A stretch of 64,000 bases of DNA from an uncultured virus (IMG/VR IMGVR_UViG_3300036760_000418) (IMGVR_UViG_3300036760_000418); one strand, 5' to 3'. Counted from the stretch's first letter, positions 36,054-44,754 are shown. Notes: generated from the letters alone by a model not told the origin. Translations and numbers: made by a program.

Positions 36054-37993
36054 ACCTCGAAAACCTCAGTGCCGCAGACCGGATAATCAGTAGCTTGCTG
36101 ACCTACACAGACCATGCCCACCATGGCCGACCTGGCATTGTGGTCCCCGACCCCGGTTCTGAGGTGGGCTGCAAGTGGCTACCGGCTACGCACGCAGTCG
36201 AGGAAGGCGAGAAGGTCGTCTACGAGCTTCGTAAGGTCGGCAACAAGAGCGTCAAGCACAAGCTGGGCAAGCTCAAGGACGACGGTCACGTCAAGGACGG
36301 CAACCGTGTCATTGGGCGGTACCAGCCCGCTGGCCTCTACCCGGAGGTCGCGGTCTGGATGTACCGGCAGGTCGCAGAGGTCTGGAAGCTCGACAACGAG
36401 TTCTCGGCCAAGTGGGCCAGCTACGCCTTCACGCAAGAGCACCGCGATCTCAAGACCATCTTGGCGGCGTTCCTGCTCGTGCAGTCCCGCAAGGGTGACC
36501 CCGTGCTGGACGGGGGCAAGGTAGCCTTTTTCGATGAGGACTACCGGGACGTGGGTGAGGCAATGCTTCTGCTCGGCCGTAAGGACGGCAGTGGTGGTGC
36601 CCAGCCTGCGCAGGCTCCCAAGGCCAAGGCTCGGGGTAAGAAGGCCCCGAAGGTTGAGAAGAAGGAAGACGGCAACCGAGACTTCAACCCGAAGCTGTTG
36701 CTCCGTGTTCACGACATCTTGTGCCTGCCTGGCATCGCGGAGATCAACCGTGAGCTTGGGTTCGGTAAGTCGGCACGTCACCCGTTCTTGGGCCGTTGGT
36801 CCAAGGTCGTGGGGAAGTGGCTGCTCTATCGTGAGGAGAACCCGAAGATGTTGGGTGGGCTCGTCAAGGCGGGCTTCCGGCGTACGGTGATGGACCTGGC
36901 CCGTCGGGTTGGGTACAAGCCCGCTACGCCCCGGTTCTTCGAGGTGCTTCGGTGGAAGCAGACTCAGGCGGAGGACGGTCGTCGGACCCTGGCCATTGGT
37001 CAGGCTGTGGCGGCTGCCGAGTCCTGGGAAGGCTTCACCGAGGAACAGATCTGCGAGGTCATCGTCAAGACCAAGCCGAACTTCAAGCGTGTCGTAGGTC
37101 TCCTGCCGAAGGGCCAGGGGCTCACGAGGGCGATTGTGGCGGCTGCCATCGAGGCGGGAAGCTTCTCGGACAAGGACCTGATCATCGCGACCCCCACGCT
37201 CGAAGATCTTGGGCTTCTCGAAGTCCAGAGCATCAAGGAGCTGTGGGAGCGGGCCATCAAGGGCGCTGAGGACATGCGGGCTGCGAACATCGCGACTCGT
37301 GTTCGGTCCAAGGCGACCCAAGAGAAGCTGGTCGAGGCGGCGGACAACGCGGTCAAGAAGGCCGTGGAGGAAGTCACCAAGGGTCTGAGAGTCTACTTCA
37401 TCGTGGACATCTCGTCTTCGATGGTGGACTGCATCGAGAAGGCCAAGCAGTACATCGCCAAGTTCCTCCAGGGGTTCCCGGCGGATCAGCTTCACGTCTC
37501 GGTGTTCAACACCACGGGTCGTGAGGTCGAAATCAAGCACAGTTCGACTGCTGGGGTCGAGAATGCCTTCAAGGGCATCACGGCCAACGGCGGCACGGAT
37601 TACGGGGCGGGTGTCCGGGTCTTGCAGAAGCACCAGCCCAAGGACGATGAGGACTCGATCTTCATCTTCGTTGGGGATGAGCAGGCTGCAAACTTCGATG
37701 CACAGGTGAAGGCCTCCGGGCTCAACCCGATCGCATTCGGATTTCTGTACGTCGCGGGCAACATGGGTCACGCGCACAAGGCGGTTCAGGAGACTGCGGT
37801 CAACCTGGGCATCCCGTGTTTCATGATCGATGAGCGGATCTTCGCTGATCCGTACGCGATCCCGCGTACCATCCGTGCGTTGGTTGCCGCTACCCCGGTC
37901 GGTAAGGCCGCGACCGCTGTTGTGCCCCGGATGACGTTGGTTGAGACGATACTTTCCGTACAGCTTATCCAGAAGCCCGCTTGGGCCGCTTGA
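36050..37993 (+). CDS. helical domain + vWA protein, probably divergent Ro60/TROVE family
   Basis: MIDAS IVDISSSM, GGTDYG, FVGDE; helical N-domain with GRWSKVVGKW...DLARRVGYKP. Confidence 0.7.
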   Translation: MNLENLSAADRIISSLLTYTDHAHHGRPGIVVPDPGSEVGCKWLPATHAVEEGEKVVYELRKVGNKSVKHKLGKLKDDGHVKDGNRVIGRYQPAGLYPEVAVWMYRQVAEVWKLDNEFSAKWASYAFTQEHRDLKTILAAFLLVQSRKGDPVLDGGKVAFFDEDYRDVGEAMLLLGRKDGSGGAQPAQAPKAKARGKKAPKVEKKEDGNRDFNPKLLLRVHDILCLPGIAEINRELGFGKSARHPFLGRWSKVVGKWLLYREENPKMLGGLVKAGFRRTVMDLARRVGYKPATPRFFEVLRWKQTQAEDGRRTLAIGQAVAAAESWEGFTEEQICEVIVKTKPNFKRVVGLLPKGQGLTRAIVAAAIEAGSFSDKDLIIATPTLEDLGLLEVQSIKELWERAIKGAEDMRAANIATRVRSKATQEKLVEAADNAVKKAVEEVTKGLRVYFIVDISSSMVDCIEKAKQYIAKFLQGFPADQLHVSVFNTTGREVEIKHSSTAGVENAFKGITANGGTDYGAGVRVLQKHQPKDDEDSIFIFVGDEQAANFDAQVKASGLNPIAFGFLYVAGNMGHAHKAVQETAVNLGIPCFMIDERIFADPYAIPRTIRALVAATPVGKAATAVVPRMTLVETILSVQLIQKPAWAA

Positions 37994-38023
37994 TTAGCTG
38001 CGAACGGTGTAGTAGTTAGAACC

Positions 38024-38977
38024 ATGGGCTGGAGAGATCTACTTCCTACTGCTGAGGGCGAGACTTTAGTTTCGCCTTGGCTTGGGGGTAGGTCTCTCCG
38101 GTCGGGTTCGCGTCACTGGCACATTGAAGGCCCTCTGCCGAGAGAGCAGGGTTGGGCCAAGTTTTCATTGACCGGGCGTACCGCTCGGTTCGTAGCGGAG
38201 GCTCAGGCGGAGACGCTGGGCTTCCGGGTCGTGGGTTACCTGGTCGGGGATCGGCTTGTCCCGTCGGACGTGCGGGTGGATCCCGACCCGAGGAACATTG
38301 CGGCTTGTTCAGAGCGTGTGAACCTGATCGACCCGGGTCTAGATCGCTTTGTGCTGGTCCAGGCGGGCCGGGTCAGCGAGGACGGCCCGTTGGTCTTCCT
38401 TCAGCAGGAAATGCCTCTGGGGCCCGAACAGGAGGTCCAGGCGGCCTTCTTGGATGACAAGCTTTCGGTCCAGGACATCCCGGGGGTTCCCCCGGCCTTG
38501 GATGCGGCGTTCCGGATGGAGCGCTGGCAGCGGGTGGAGGCGGAGAAGCGGCGTCAGGAGCTTGAGGAACGGCTTCGCAAGGAAGCTGAGGAACAGGCTC
38601 GGGAGGCTCGCCGTCAGGAGCTGGTCGAGAAGCTCGGGGACGGGGCGGGTCGTCGGGAGATGGCCCAGCACGACTTTGAGGCAGCGGCCAGGGCAGCGCT
38701 TGCGGTTGGCGGGGCTGAGTTCCTGGATCATCGGCCTGCGGTTCGGAAGAACGAGATGGCGGTTCGGTTCCGGCTTCGGAATCGGCGGTACGAGTGTACC
38801 TGTGACCGGCGGACCCTACAGATCATCGACGCGGGCATCTGCCTGACCTCGCATGGCAATGACGGGTGGGATCACGGTGAGAAGGGCGACACCTTCTTTT
38901 CTCTTGAGAGCCTTCCCGGTGTAATTCTTGAGGCGGACCGCGAGGGTAAGCTCGTAGTGTTCCGCCACGTGGGGTAA
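38024..38977 (+). CDS. partner of the Ubl operon (coiled coil + C-terminal Cys domain)
   Basis: Glu/Arg coiled coil; IIDAGICL; SLESLPGVI. Confidence 0.7.
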   Translation: MGWRDLLPTAEGETLVSPWLGGRSLRSGSRHWHIEGPLPREQGWAKFSLTGRTARFVAEAQAETLGFRVVGYLVGDRLVPSDVRVDPDPRNIAACSERVNLIDPGLDRFVLVQAGRVSEDGPLVFLQQEMPLGPEQEVQAAFLDDKLSVQDIPGVPPALDAAFRMERWQRVEAEKRRQELEERLRKEAEEQAREARRQELVEKLGDGAGRREMAQHDFEAAARAALAVGGAEFLDHRPAVRKNEMAVRFRLRNRRYECTCDRRTLQIIDAGICLTSHGNDGWDHGEKGDTFFSLESLPGVILEADREGKLVVFRHVG

Positions 38978-38979
38978 AT

Positions 38980-39351
38980 ATGGCACTTCCGAAGGGACGT
39001 AAAATCGTTGTTGGTGGTCAGAGCTACCAATGGCTAATCAAGGACTCCAGGTCGAAACGGCAACGGCATTTGACTTGGACTCCGCGTGCCATGATTTTGA
39101 CCCTTCAATCCGAGAGCGGTTCGGCTCAGCAGTTCGTTTGTCAGTCCAGGAAGTGGACTCCGCAAGACGACTACGATGAGTTCGAGGGTGGGGCGGCGAC
39201 TCACCACAGGGTGGCGTTTGGGCCCAAGCAGGTGCGGGAAGTAATCGAGGCGGGTCTGGTTAAGTGTACGCTTAGCGGTTGCGATCATGCTGGGTTGTTC
39301 GTGGCCGCCGCCTGCACGCTTACTAACTGGAAAGTGACCCCGAAAAGGTAG
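38980..39351 (+). CDS. hypothetical protein
   Basis: Coupled ORF. Confidence 0.5.
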   Translation: MALPKGRKIVVGGQSYQWLIKDSRSKRQRHLTWTPRAMILTLQSESGSAQQFVCQSRKWTPQDDYDEFEGGAATHHRVAFGPKQVREVIEAGLVKCTLSGCDHAGLFVAAACTLTNWKVTPKR

Positions 39352-39364
39352 ATACGAGGTTCAG

Positions 39365-39631
39365 ATGAAGATCCCAGTTTGTGCTCATTGCGGGGCGAGT
39401 CTGGTTCGTAAGTCTCGTATCTTGATCCAGTACACTAAGCTTTCTGGTAAACCGAAAGTTGGTTGGTGTGGTGGTGAGGGCGAGCAGAAACTTTGCGCAA
39501 GGTTAGATAAGTTGGCGAAGTACACACTTGATCGTGTACGGTCTCCAGAATGGCCAGAGGCAGCAATCGTTCTAGATATTCAAGCTCGTGGTCCGGGCAG
39601 GGTAACGCTGGATCTAAGGGGTAAAAAATGA
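39365..39631 (+). CDS. hypothetical protein
   Basis: ORF with CxxC; ATGA overlap with next gene. Confidence 0.45.
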   Translation: MKIPVCAHCGASLVRKSRILIQYTKLSGKPKVGWCGGEGEQKLCARLDKLAKYTLDRVRSPEWPEAAIVLDIQARGPGRVTLDLRGKK

Positions 39632-40029
39632 GTATTGAGGCAGGGGTCTTGGTTGACCTTGATTGCGAGCCAATTTACTGGCACCTTCCCAGGGATCGAA
39701 ACACCGGAGCCTTGCCTGACTCCAGGCAGCTCTGGGACGTCATCTGGGAGAACCGGGAACGAGTTCTGGGGTTCGCTCACAGCCACCCAGGGTCCGGTAT
39801 TCCTGGGCCTTCCCATGAAGACGTAACAACGTTTGCCGCCATCGAGGCCGCACTTGGCAAGCGTTTGGTTTGGTGGATCACGAGTGCCGACAACTTCGTG
39901 GAGCTGTGTTGGGTGGGGCCGCATAAGCTGGCTTACGCTCGGGGCCCAGCGATGTATGAGCCCACGTGGATGCAGCGACTCAGGGATGAGTCCGGTTATG
40001 ACGACGTGAATGCAGGGTTGACAAAGTAA
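39628..40029 (+). CDS. JAB/MPN+ metalloprotease
   Basis: N-terminal Glu (IEAG); HSHP-x6-PS-x2-D (HSHPGSGIPGPSHED). Confidence 0.85.
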   Translation: MSIEAGVLVDLDCEPIYWHLPRDRNTGALPDSRQLWDVIWENRERVLGFAHSHPGSGIPGPSHEDVTTFAAIEAALGKRLVWWITSADNFVELCWVGPHKLAYARGPAMYEPTWMQRLRDESGYDDVNAGLTK

Positions 40030-40067
40030 ACCAAAGCTCTTATAGGGCTCTATATAGAGGTGCCAAC

Positions 40068-40316
40068 ATGTATGCGGAAGCTAGGTTGAACATCACATTT
40101 GCTGGGCAGAACGGGGATCTCAGGGATCCGGTATCGTTCGATGCTACGGATACGGATCTCAAGCAGTGGGCCGCCGAGGCGATAAGCACTGGCGGGGTCG
40201 CTGGTATTGACGCCAAAGAGGCCGACTTCGCAGATTTCGTGGTGGATCGCTTTCCTGCGAAAGAAGATCTTCCCAACCGCCTGATTCTGCGCCCGAAGAC
40301 CCCCTTCGGGGTTTAA
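40068..40316 (+). CDS. ubiquitin-like (beta-grasp) protein
   Basis: 82 aa between JAB and E1; strand-strand-helix pattern; C-terminal RPKTPFG-V. Confidence 0.7.
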   Translation: MYAEARLNITFAGQNGDLRDPVSFDATDTDLKQWAAEAISTGGVAGIDAKEADFADFVVDRFPAKEDLPNRLILRPKTPFGV

Positions 40317-41267
40317 GTGGCACAGCGTAGTGTGCACCTAGATGAGATCGCTCTTGTTCAAGCATACGAGAGCGGTCGTAGCGCTCTACAACTTTCGGTT
40401 GAATACAAGTGTTCGCTGAATACTGTCTTGCGTAGGTTGCGGGCTAATGGTCTGCACATTCGTCCGGCCACTAAACGCCGTCCGTTGAAAAGTCTGGGGT
40501 TGTCTGCTTATCAACTTGAACAACTCTTGGTAATTGTAGACGGATTACTTCTTGGGGATGGTTCTATTTCCCTTACTGGATCTCTGATGTTGTCTCAGTG
40601 TGTAAAGCACTATGACTGGCTGCTACAGGTGCAGGGCCTCCTTTTGGCTGTCGGTGTTCCGTCAAGGATCATACCTTTCTCACCGAATAAGCGGCAGTCC
40701 TTCATCAACGGACGAGAGCTTCGTTCTAAAGGTGGCTTCATGTTGTATACCCCCTGGGTGGTCGAGTTCAAAGAACAGAGACGCAGATGGTATCCGTCGA
40801 AGAAGCGAGTGCCTCGGGATGTCAATTTATCCCCAGTGTCTTTGGCTCTGTGGTTCTGTGGGGACGGTACCTACGGTAAAAATGGTACGCTACAGTTTTG
40901 TACCAACGGCTTTATTAAGAAGGATGTGGGCTATCTTGTGCGACGGTTGCGAGAGTCTGGTATCTTCTGTTGCCTTGGGTACGCAGACGGGCAACCTGTC
41001 ATTCGTATAGATCGTAGGGACGAAGCTGAGAAATTTAAGGTGCTGGTTGCCCCGTATCTTCCAGCATGCTTTTTATACAAGGTGGCCCATGTTCGTCCAG
41101 CTATTCCACGGGGTTTTCATCTCAGGCGGTTTTCTGATGCCTCTGTACGGCAAATACGTCAGGCACATATAAACGGTGTAACGGCGGCACAACTAGCTCG
41201 GGATCACTCGGTTAGTAAGGTTACTATTGGGAACATCGTCCATGGGAGAATTTACAGGTACGTTTAA
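40317..41267 (+). CDS. LAGLIDADG homing endonuclease
   Basis: DGLLLGDGSI and LALWFCGDG; terminal HTH-like segments. Confidence 0.85.
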   Translation: MAQRSVHLDEIALVQAYESGRSALQLSVEYKCSLNTVLRRLRANGLHIRPATKRRPLKSLGLSAYQLEQLLVIVDGLLLGDGSISLTGSLMLSQCVKHYDWLLQVQGLLLAVGVPSRIIPFSPNKRQSFINGRELRSKGGFMLYTPWVVEFKEQRRRWYPSKKRVPRDVNLSPVSLALWFCGDGTYGKNGTLQFCTNGFIKKDVGYLVRRLRESGIFCCLGYADGQPVIRIDRRDEAEKFKVLVAPYLPACFLYKVAHVRPAIPRGFHLRRFSDASVRQIRQAHINGVTAAQLARDHSVSKVTIGNIVHGRIYRYV

Positions 41268-41500
41268 TGAAACCGTCCAACACCGATAAACCGCCAGTGC
41301 ATGTCGCGCACTCGGACTTAACGCGGTTTCAAGACGATTCCGCGTACAAGTCTGAGTGCCCGGCATGCGACCGAGGTGTTTTGGCGGTGTGTCGTGAGCC
41401 CGGCACTCTCAGGTTGCTTCGGGCTGACCGCTGTTTTGGCTGCGGGCAACGGGTCGTGTATACGGACCGGGCCATCAACGGCGAAACCCTTTACCCATGA
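41267..41500 (+). CDS. small zinc-ribbon protein
   Basis: CPAC...CFGC. Confidence 0.5.
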   Translation: MKPSNTDKPPVHVAHSDLTRFQDDSAYKSECPACDRGVLAVCREPGTLRLLRADRCFGCGQRVVYTDRAINGETLYP

Positions 41501-41518
41501 GATCGGAGAAGTACCCAA

Positions 41519-42088
41519 ATGAAGATCACAATTGTAGGTGTCGGGGCCCTGGGCTCCCACTTGGCTCTGTTCCTCAGGAACGAGGGCGACCTCAAGATCA
41601 TCGACTTCGACCACGTGGAGCGGAAGAACGTCTTGGCTCAGTTCCACGGTGTACCCGGGGTCGGTAAGAACAAGGTGCAGGCGCTCCAGCAGGCCATGCA
41701 GTTCCTGTTCGGGCTCAAGCTCGCGGGTGTCCCCCACAAACTGACCGCTGACAACGTGGGCGAGCTGCTCTCGGGCTCGGACCTGATCATCGACTGCCTG
41801 GACAACGCTCAGGCCCGGTTGCTTGTTCAAGGGTTTGCCCGCAAGGCCAAGGTTCCGTGCCTGCACGGGGCTCTGGCAGCCGACGGCAGCTTTGGCCGGG
41901 TCGTGTGGGACGAGAACTTCGTGATCGACTCGGAGAACGTCCAGGGGGCACCTACCTGCGAAGGCGGGGAGCACCTGCCGTTCATTGGGACGGTTTCAGC
42001 GCTCTTGGCGAAGGCCGCTCAGGAATTCGTCACCAGGGGTAAGAAAATCGGGTTTGAAATGCACCCTGGTGGTGTAACTAGGACTTGA
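41519..42088 (+). CDS. ThiF/MoeB/E1-family adenylyltransferase (minimal E1)
   Basis: VGVGALGS, IDFDHVERKN, GKNKV, DCLDN, PTCE. Confidence 0.9.
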   Translation: MKITIVGVGALGSHLALFLRNEGDLKIIDFDHVERKNVLAQFHGVPGVGKNKVQALQQAMQFLFGLKLAGVPHKLTADNVGELLSGSDLIIDCLDNAQARLLVQGFARKAKVPCLHGALAADGSFGRVVWDENFVIDSENVQGAPTCEGGEHLPFIGTVSALLAKAAQEFVTRGKKIGFEMHPGGVTRT

Positions 42089-42119
42089 ACGAAGCTGAAC
42101 AGCTTGCTACAGTGACTTA

Positions 42120-42250
42120 GGGGCTATAACAGGGGATCGGTTCCCCATCTTTCAGGAAAAAAGAACAAAACCAGGATCGCACTCTCGGTTCCGCAAGGAA
42201 TCATCAAGTGGTCCTCACAAGCTAAACTGGTTCGACTCCAGGTAGCCCCT
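42120..42250 (+). ncRNA. tRNA-like RNA (acceptor + T arm, enlarged interior)
   Basis: ggggcta/tagcccc; ctgg-ttcgact-ccag. Confidence 0.5.
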
Positions 42251-42253
42251 CTA

Positions 42254-42394
42254 ACCCGCACCCACCTTCTGATCCTTACACGCAAAACGTTGGTTCGACT
42301 CCAACCCTTCCCTTCGGGGAAAGTAGCCTAACGGTCAGGCAATAGTATTGGAACTATCAAAACGCAAACCAGGTTCAGCCACTCGGGTGCGGGT
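42254..42394 (+). ncRNA. Y RNA (YrlA)-like permuted tRNA mimic
   Basis: Terminal stem acccgcaccc/gggtgcgggt; T arm, UUCG-capped acceptor stem, then D arm. Confidence 0.7.
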
Positions 42395-42439
42395 GAACTT
42401 TTCGATTGCTCAGTACGCTGAGACCGTAGACGATTGCCT

Positions 42440-42493
42440 TAGGGGCGATCAGCCAGATAGGGCTTATGTAGTGGGTTCAAATCCCATCGCCCG
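42440..42493 (+). ncRNA. anticodon-less tRNA-like module
   Basis: gggcg/cgccc with gtggg-ttcaaat-cccat. Confidence 0.4.
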
Positions 42494-42640
42494 GGAAACC
42501 GGATTTCTGCTGCCCGCCTCGAATGCCCTCTAGTTTTTTGCTGGCCCCGGCCTGACCGTCCCCGTGTGTAAGAGCGAAGGTCTCTAATCATCGCCGCCAG
42601 CGTTTTCGTTTGTTGGTTTGCTCTACTGGAGGGCAGATCA

Positions 42641-42893
42641 AATGCAAATGTGGACCAACCTGTTCGAGATGATTGCGGATGTGCGGAAGCACATCCAGAA
42701 CACAGGCCAGTCGGTGGAGACTGCGGATGACCCGCTCATTCGGGCCATGGGTTACCGCAGTAAGGACCGTGAGTGGTTCATTAAGTTGACTGATGTTCGT
42801 ATGTCGTCGTTGCCGCCCTTGAACCAAGAGCAGCACATGATCGTTGAACGGTTCAGGACCCCGGGTGGCCGTAAAGCCCTCTTGGGCCCGTAG
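42641..42893 (+). CDS. hypothetical protein
   Basis: ORF coupled to coaE; start uncertain. Confidence 0.45.
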
Positions 42894-42896
42894 CCC

Positions 42897-43499
42897 ATGC
42901 AGAAGCATGTCATCGGTCTCACGGGCGGCATCGCAGCGGGCAAGAGCACGGTCGGGAAGCTGTTCACAGGCTTCAATGTCGCGGTCATAGACGCCGATCT
43001 TCTGGCTCGTGAGGTTGTGAGGCCGGGTACAGATGGGCTCCGCGAAGTCGTGGCTCACTTCGGGGATCAGGTTCTGGCTCAGGATGGGACTCTTGACCGA
43101 GGGAAGCTCGGGGCACGCATCTTCACGGATGAGGCAGCTCGAAAAGAGCTGGACGGTATTCTGCACCCCAGGATCGCTAGTCTGGCTGAGGAACGCATCC
43201 GGGCCGCTCAGGCCTCCTCAACGCCCTACGTAGTTTACGAGGCCGCCCTCTTGGTCGAGCTGGGGATGTACCGCGAATTCTCGAAGCTCATCGTGGTGTC
43301 GGCGGACCCGGAGCTTCAGGTTAAGCGGGTCATGAAGCGCAACGGGGTCACGGAGTCTGAGGCGAGGGATCGGCTGGCTTCGCAGTTTCCGCTGGCTCAA
43401 AAGCTTGCGGTCGCGGACTACGTGATCAAGAATGACAACAACCGGGATGCCTTGTTGGCTAGGACCCGTGAAGTACACGAGAAGATATTGGGCCTGTAA
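42897..43499 (+). CDS. coaE: dephospho-CoA kinase
   Basis: IGLTGGIAAGKSTV, IDAD, LDRGKLG..IF, ILHP, RLASQ. Confidence 0.95.
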   Translation: MQKHVIGLTGGIAAGKSTVGKLFTGFNVAVIDADLLAREVVRPGTDGLREVVAHFGDQVLAQDGTLDRGKLGARIFTDEAARKELDGILHPRIASLAEERIRAAQASSTPYVVYEAALLVELGMYREFSKLIVVSADPELQVKRVMKRNGVTESEARDRLASQFPLAQKLAVADYVIKNDNNRDALLARTREVHEKILGL

Positions 43500-43500
43500 C

Positions 43501-44037
43501 TCACTGATCTAACGCCACGTCTTCAAATGACGGTCGCTTCATCGGACGCGGGTCAGCTTTGAGGGTGGGCAACTCGGGCGCATCGGAGGCGAAAGGCCCT
43601 ATTGCGGCCGGGTCGAAAGGCCCTATTGCGGGCATGGGCGCTTGGATGAGCTGATCCACAGCCCCCATAGCGCTGCTGGGTTGAGGCCTGCGGACGGGTC
43701 TACGTGCCCCGCCAGCTACGCGGCCCACCGGGGCCGAGACTACCGGGGCCGCCACAGGTGCAGCAACGGGGGCAGCTCGCATACCCTCCAGGTATGCCCG
43801 GAGCGCCACGATGTCATCGTGCATCTGCACATCGTTTTTGGCCAGCTCTTGGACCTTTTGAGTGGTCCAATCGAAGCTCTGCTTGGTGGCCGTGGTGTCG
43901 GTGGGCTTGAGCCAACTGCCGATGGCCGTGGCAAGCGCTGCGGTAGCGAGGATGATGTTCCGGTAGGCGTTGAGACGCTCGATGAAGTGCTTGCCCTTGC
44001 TGGGTGGATCGCTCTTGGGTTTTTCTTCTTCGGACAT
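43501..44037 (-). CDS. membrane-anchored hypothetical protein
   Basis: TM segment followed by coiled coil. Confidence 0.55.
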   Translation of the reverse strand: MSEEEKPKSDPPSKGKHFIERLNAYRNIILATAALATAIGSWLKPTDTTATKQSFDWTTQKVQELAKNDVQMHDDIVALRAYLEGMRAAPVAAPVAAPVVSAPVGRVAGGARRPVRRPQPSSAMGAVDQLIQAPMPAIGPFDPAAIGPFASDAPELPTLKADPRPMKRPSFEDVALDQ

Positions 44038-44068
44038 CGGGGACCTCTCCTAGACTTGAAATAAGTTG

Positions 44069-44103
44069 AAAAGCCCGCCCCCCTTGAAGGCGGGCGGGCT
44101 TTT
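44069..44103. terminator. bidirectional intrinsic terminator
   Basis: aaaagcccgccc...gggcgggcttttt. Confidence 0.75.
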
Positions 44104-44125
44104 CTACGAAGATCAGGTGGGGTGC

Positions 44126-44614
44126 TTATTTGATGCCTTCGACCATCGAGCCTAGCTCGTTGTAGCCAACGGGGTCTTGAGTGAGCATGGGGGCAGCGGC
44201 GGTGGCTCCAGGAGTGGCGGCAACCGGCGGGGTCTTGAGCAGCCCACGGACTTCTTCAACGACGCTCTTGATGTCGTTGACAGCCGTGTACACATCGGCG
44301 AGGACCGTCGAGAGATCAGGGTTTGCAACTTGAGCGTTGGCGGCTGCCTTCACGGCGGATCGGACGGCTTGCATGGCCTTGTTCAGGGCGACGACTGAGC
44401 CGTCGAACTTCGTTTGGAAGACGGTCTGCTTGTCTGCCGGGAGCATGGGCTTGAGCTGGCCGAAGACAACAACGGCCACCTGCTCGATGGACGCGGCTGA
44501 ATTCAGCACGGTGTCAGTTTGCTTGACCGGATCCGTCTTGAAGTCTTGAAACCAGGTCGGGCTACAGCCGGTCATGAGGCCGCAGAACGTGAGAGCTACG
44601 AGAATTTTACGCAT
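44126..44614 (-). CDS. lipoprotein
   Basis: Signal peptide with lipobox-like LMTGC. Confidence 0.65.
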   Translation of the reverse strand: MRKILVALTFCGLMTGCSPTWFQDFKTDPVKQTDTVLNSAASIEQVAVVVFGQLKPMLPADKQTVFQTKFDGSVVALNKAMQAVRSAVKAAANAQVANPDLSTVLADVYTAVNDIKSVVEEVRGLLKTPPVAATPGATAAAPMLTQDPVGYNELGSMVEGIK

Positions 44615-44667
44615 ATCAGAGGCTCCTGTTTGCTAGAGACGCCTACGGTATGGCATAAGAACGATAT

Positions 44668-44754
44668 GCTCGGGTGGTGGAACAGGTAGACACGGCCGGG
44701 TCACCTTTGACTTTGCCGCCGAGAGGCGTGAGGGTTCGACTCCTTCCCCGAGCA
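44668..44754 (+). pseudogene. tRNA-Leu-like gene with aberrant anticodon arm
   Basis: Leu-type acceptor, D, variable and T arms; no 7-nt loop. Confidence 0.6.

Noticed and set aside
35160..36095. Group I intron joining 35118 to the vWA gene
   Set aside because: No catalytic core is recognisable, the HNH ORF runs into the vWA start, and the vWA gene has its own N-terminus.
36179..37777. 532-aa antisense ORF (likewise 13327..14625, 50003..50947, 52743..53360)
   Set aside because: Shadow frames of GC-rich genes with no motifs.
39628..42088. Thiamine, molybdopterin or cysteine sulfur-relay operon
   Set aside because: No ThiG, MoaE, CysM or rhodanese nearby and no Gly-Gly terminus; disfavoured but not formally excluded.
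42120..42250. tmRNA
   Set aside because: Only 131 nt, no G3:U70 pair and no tag reading frame.
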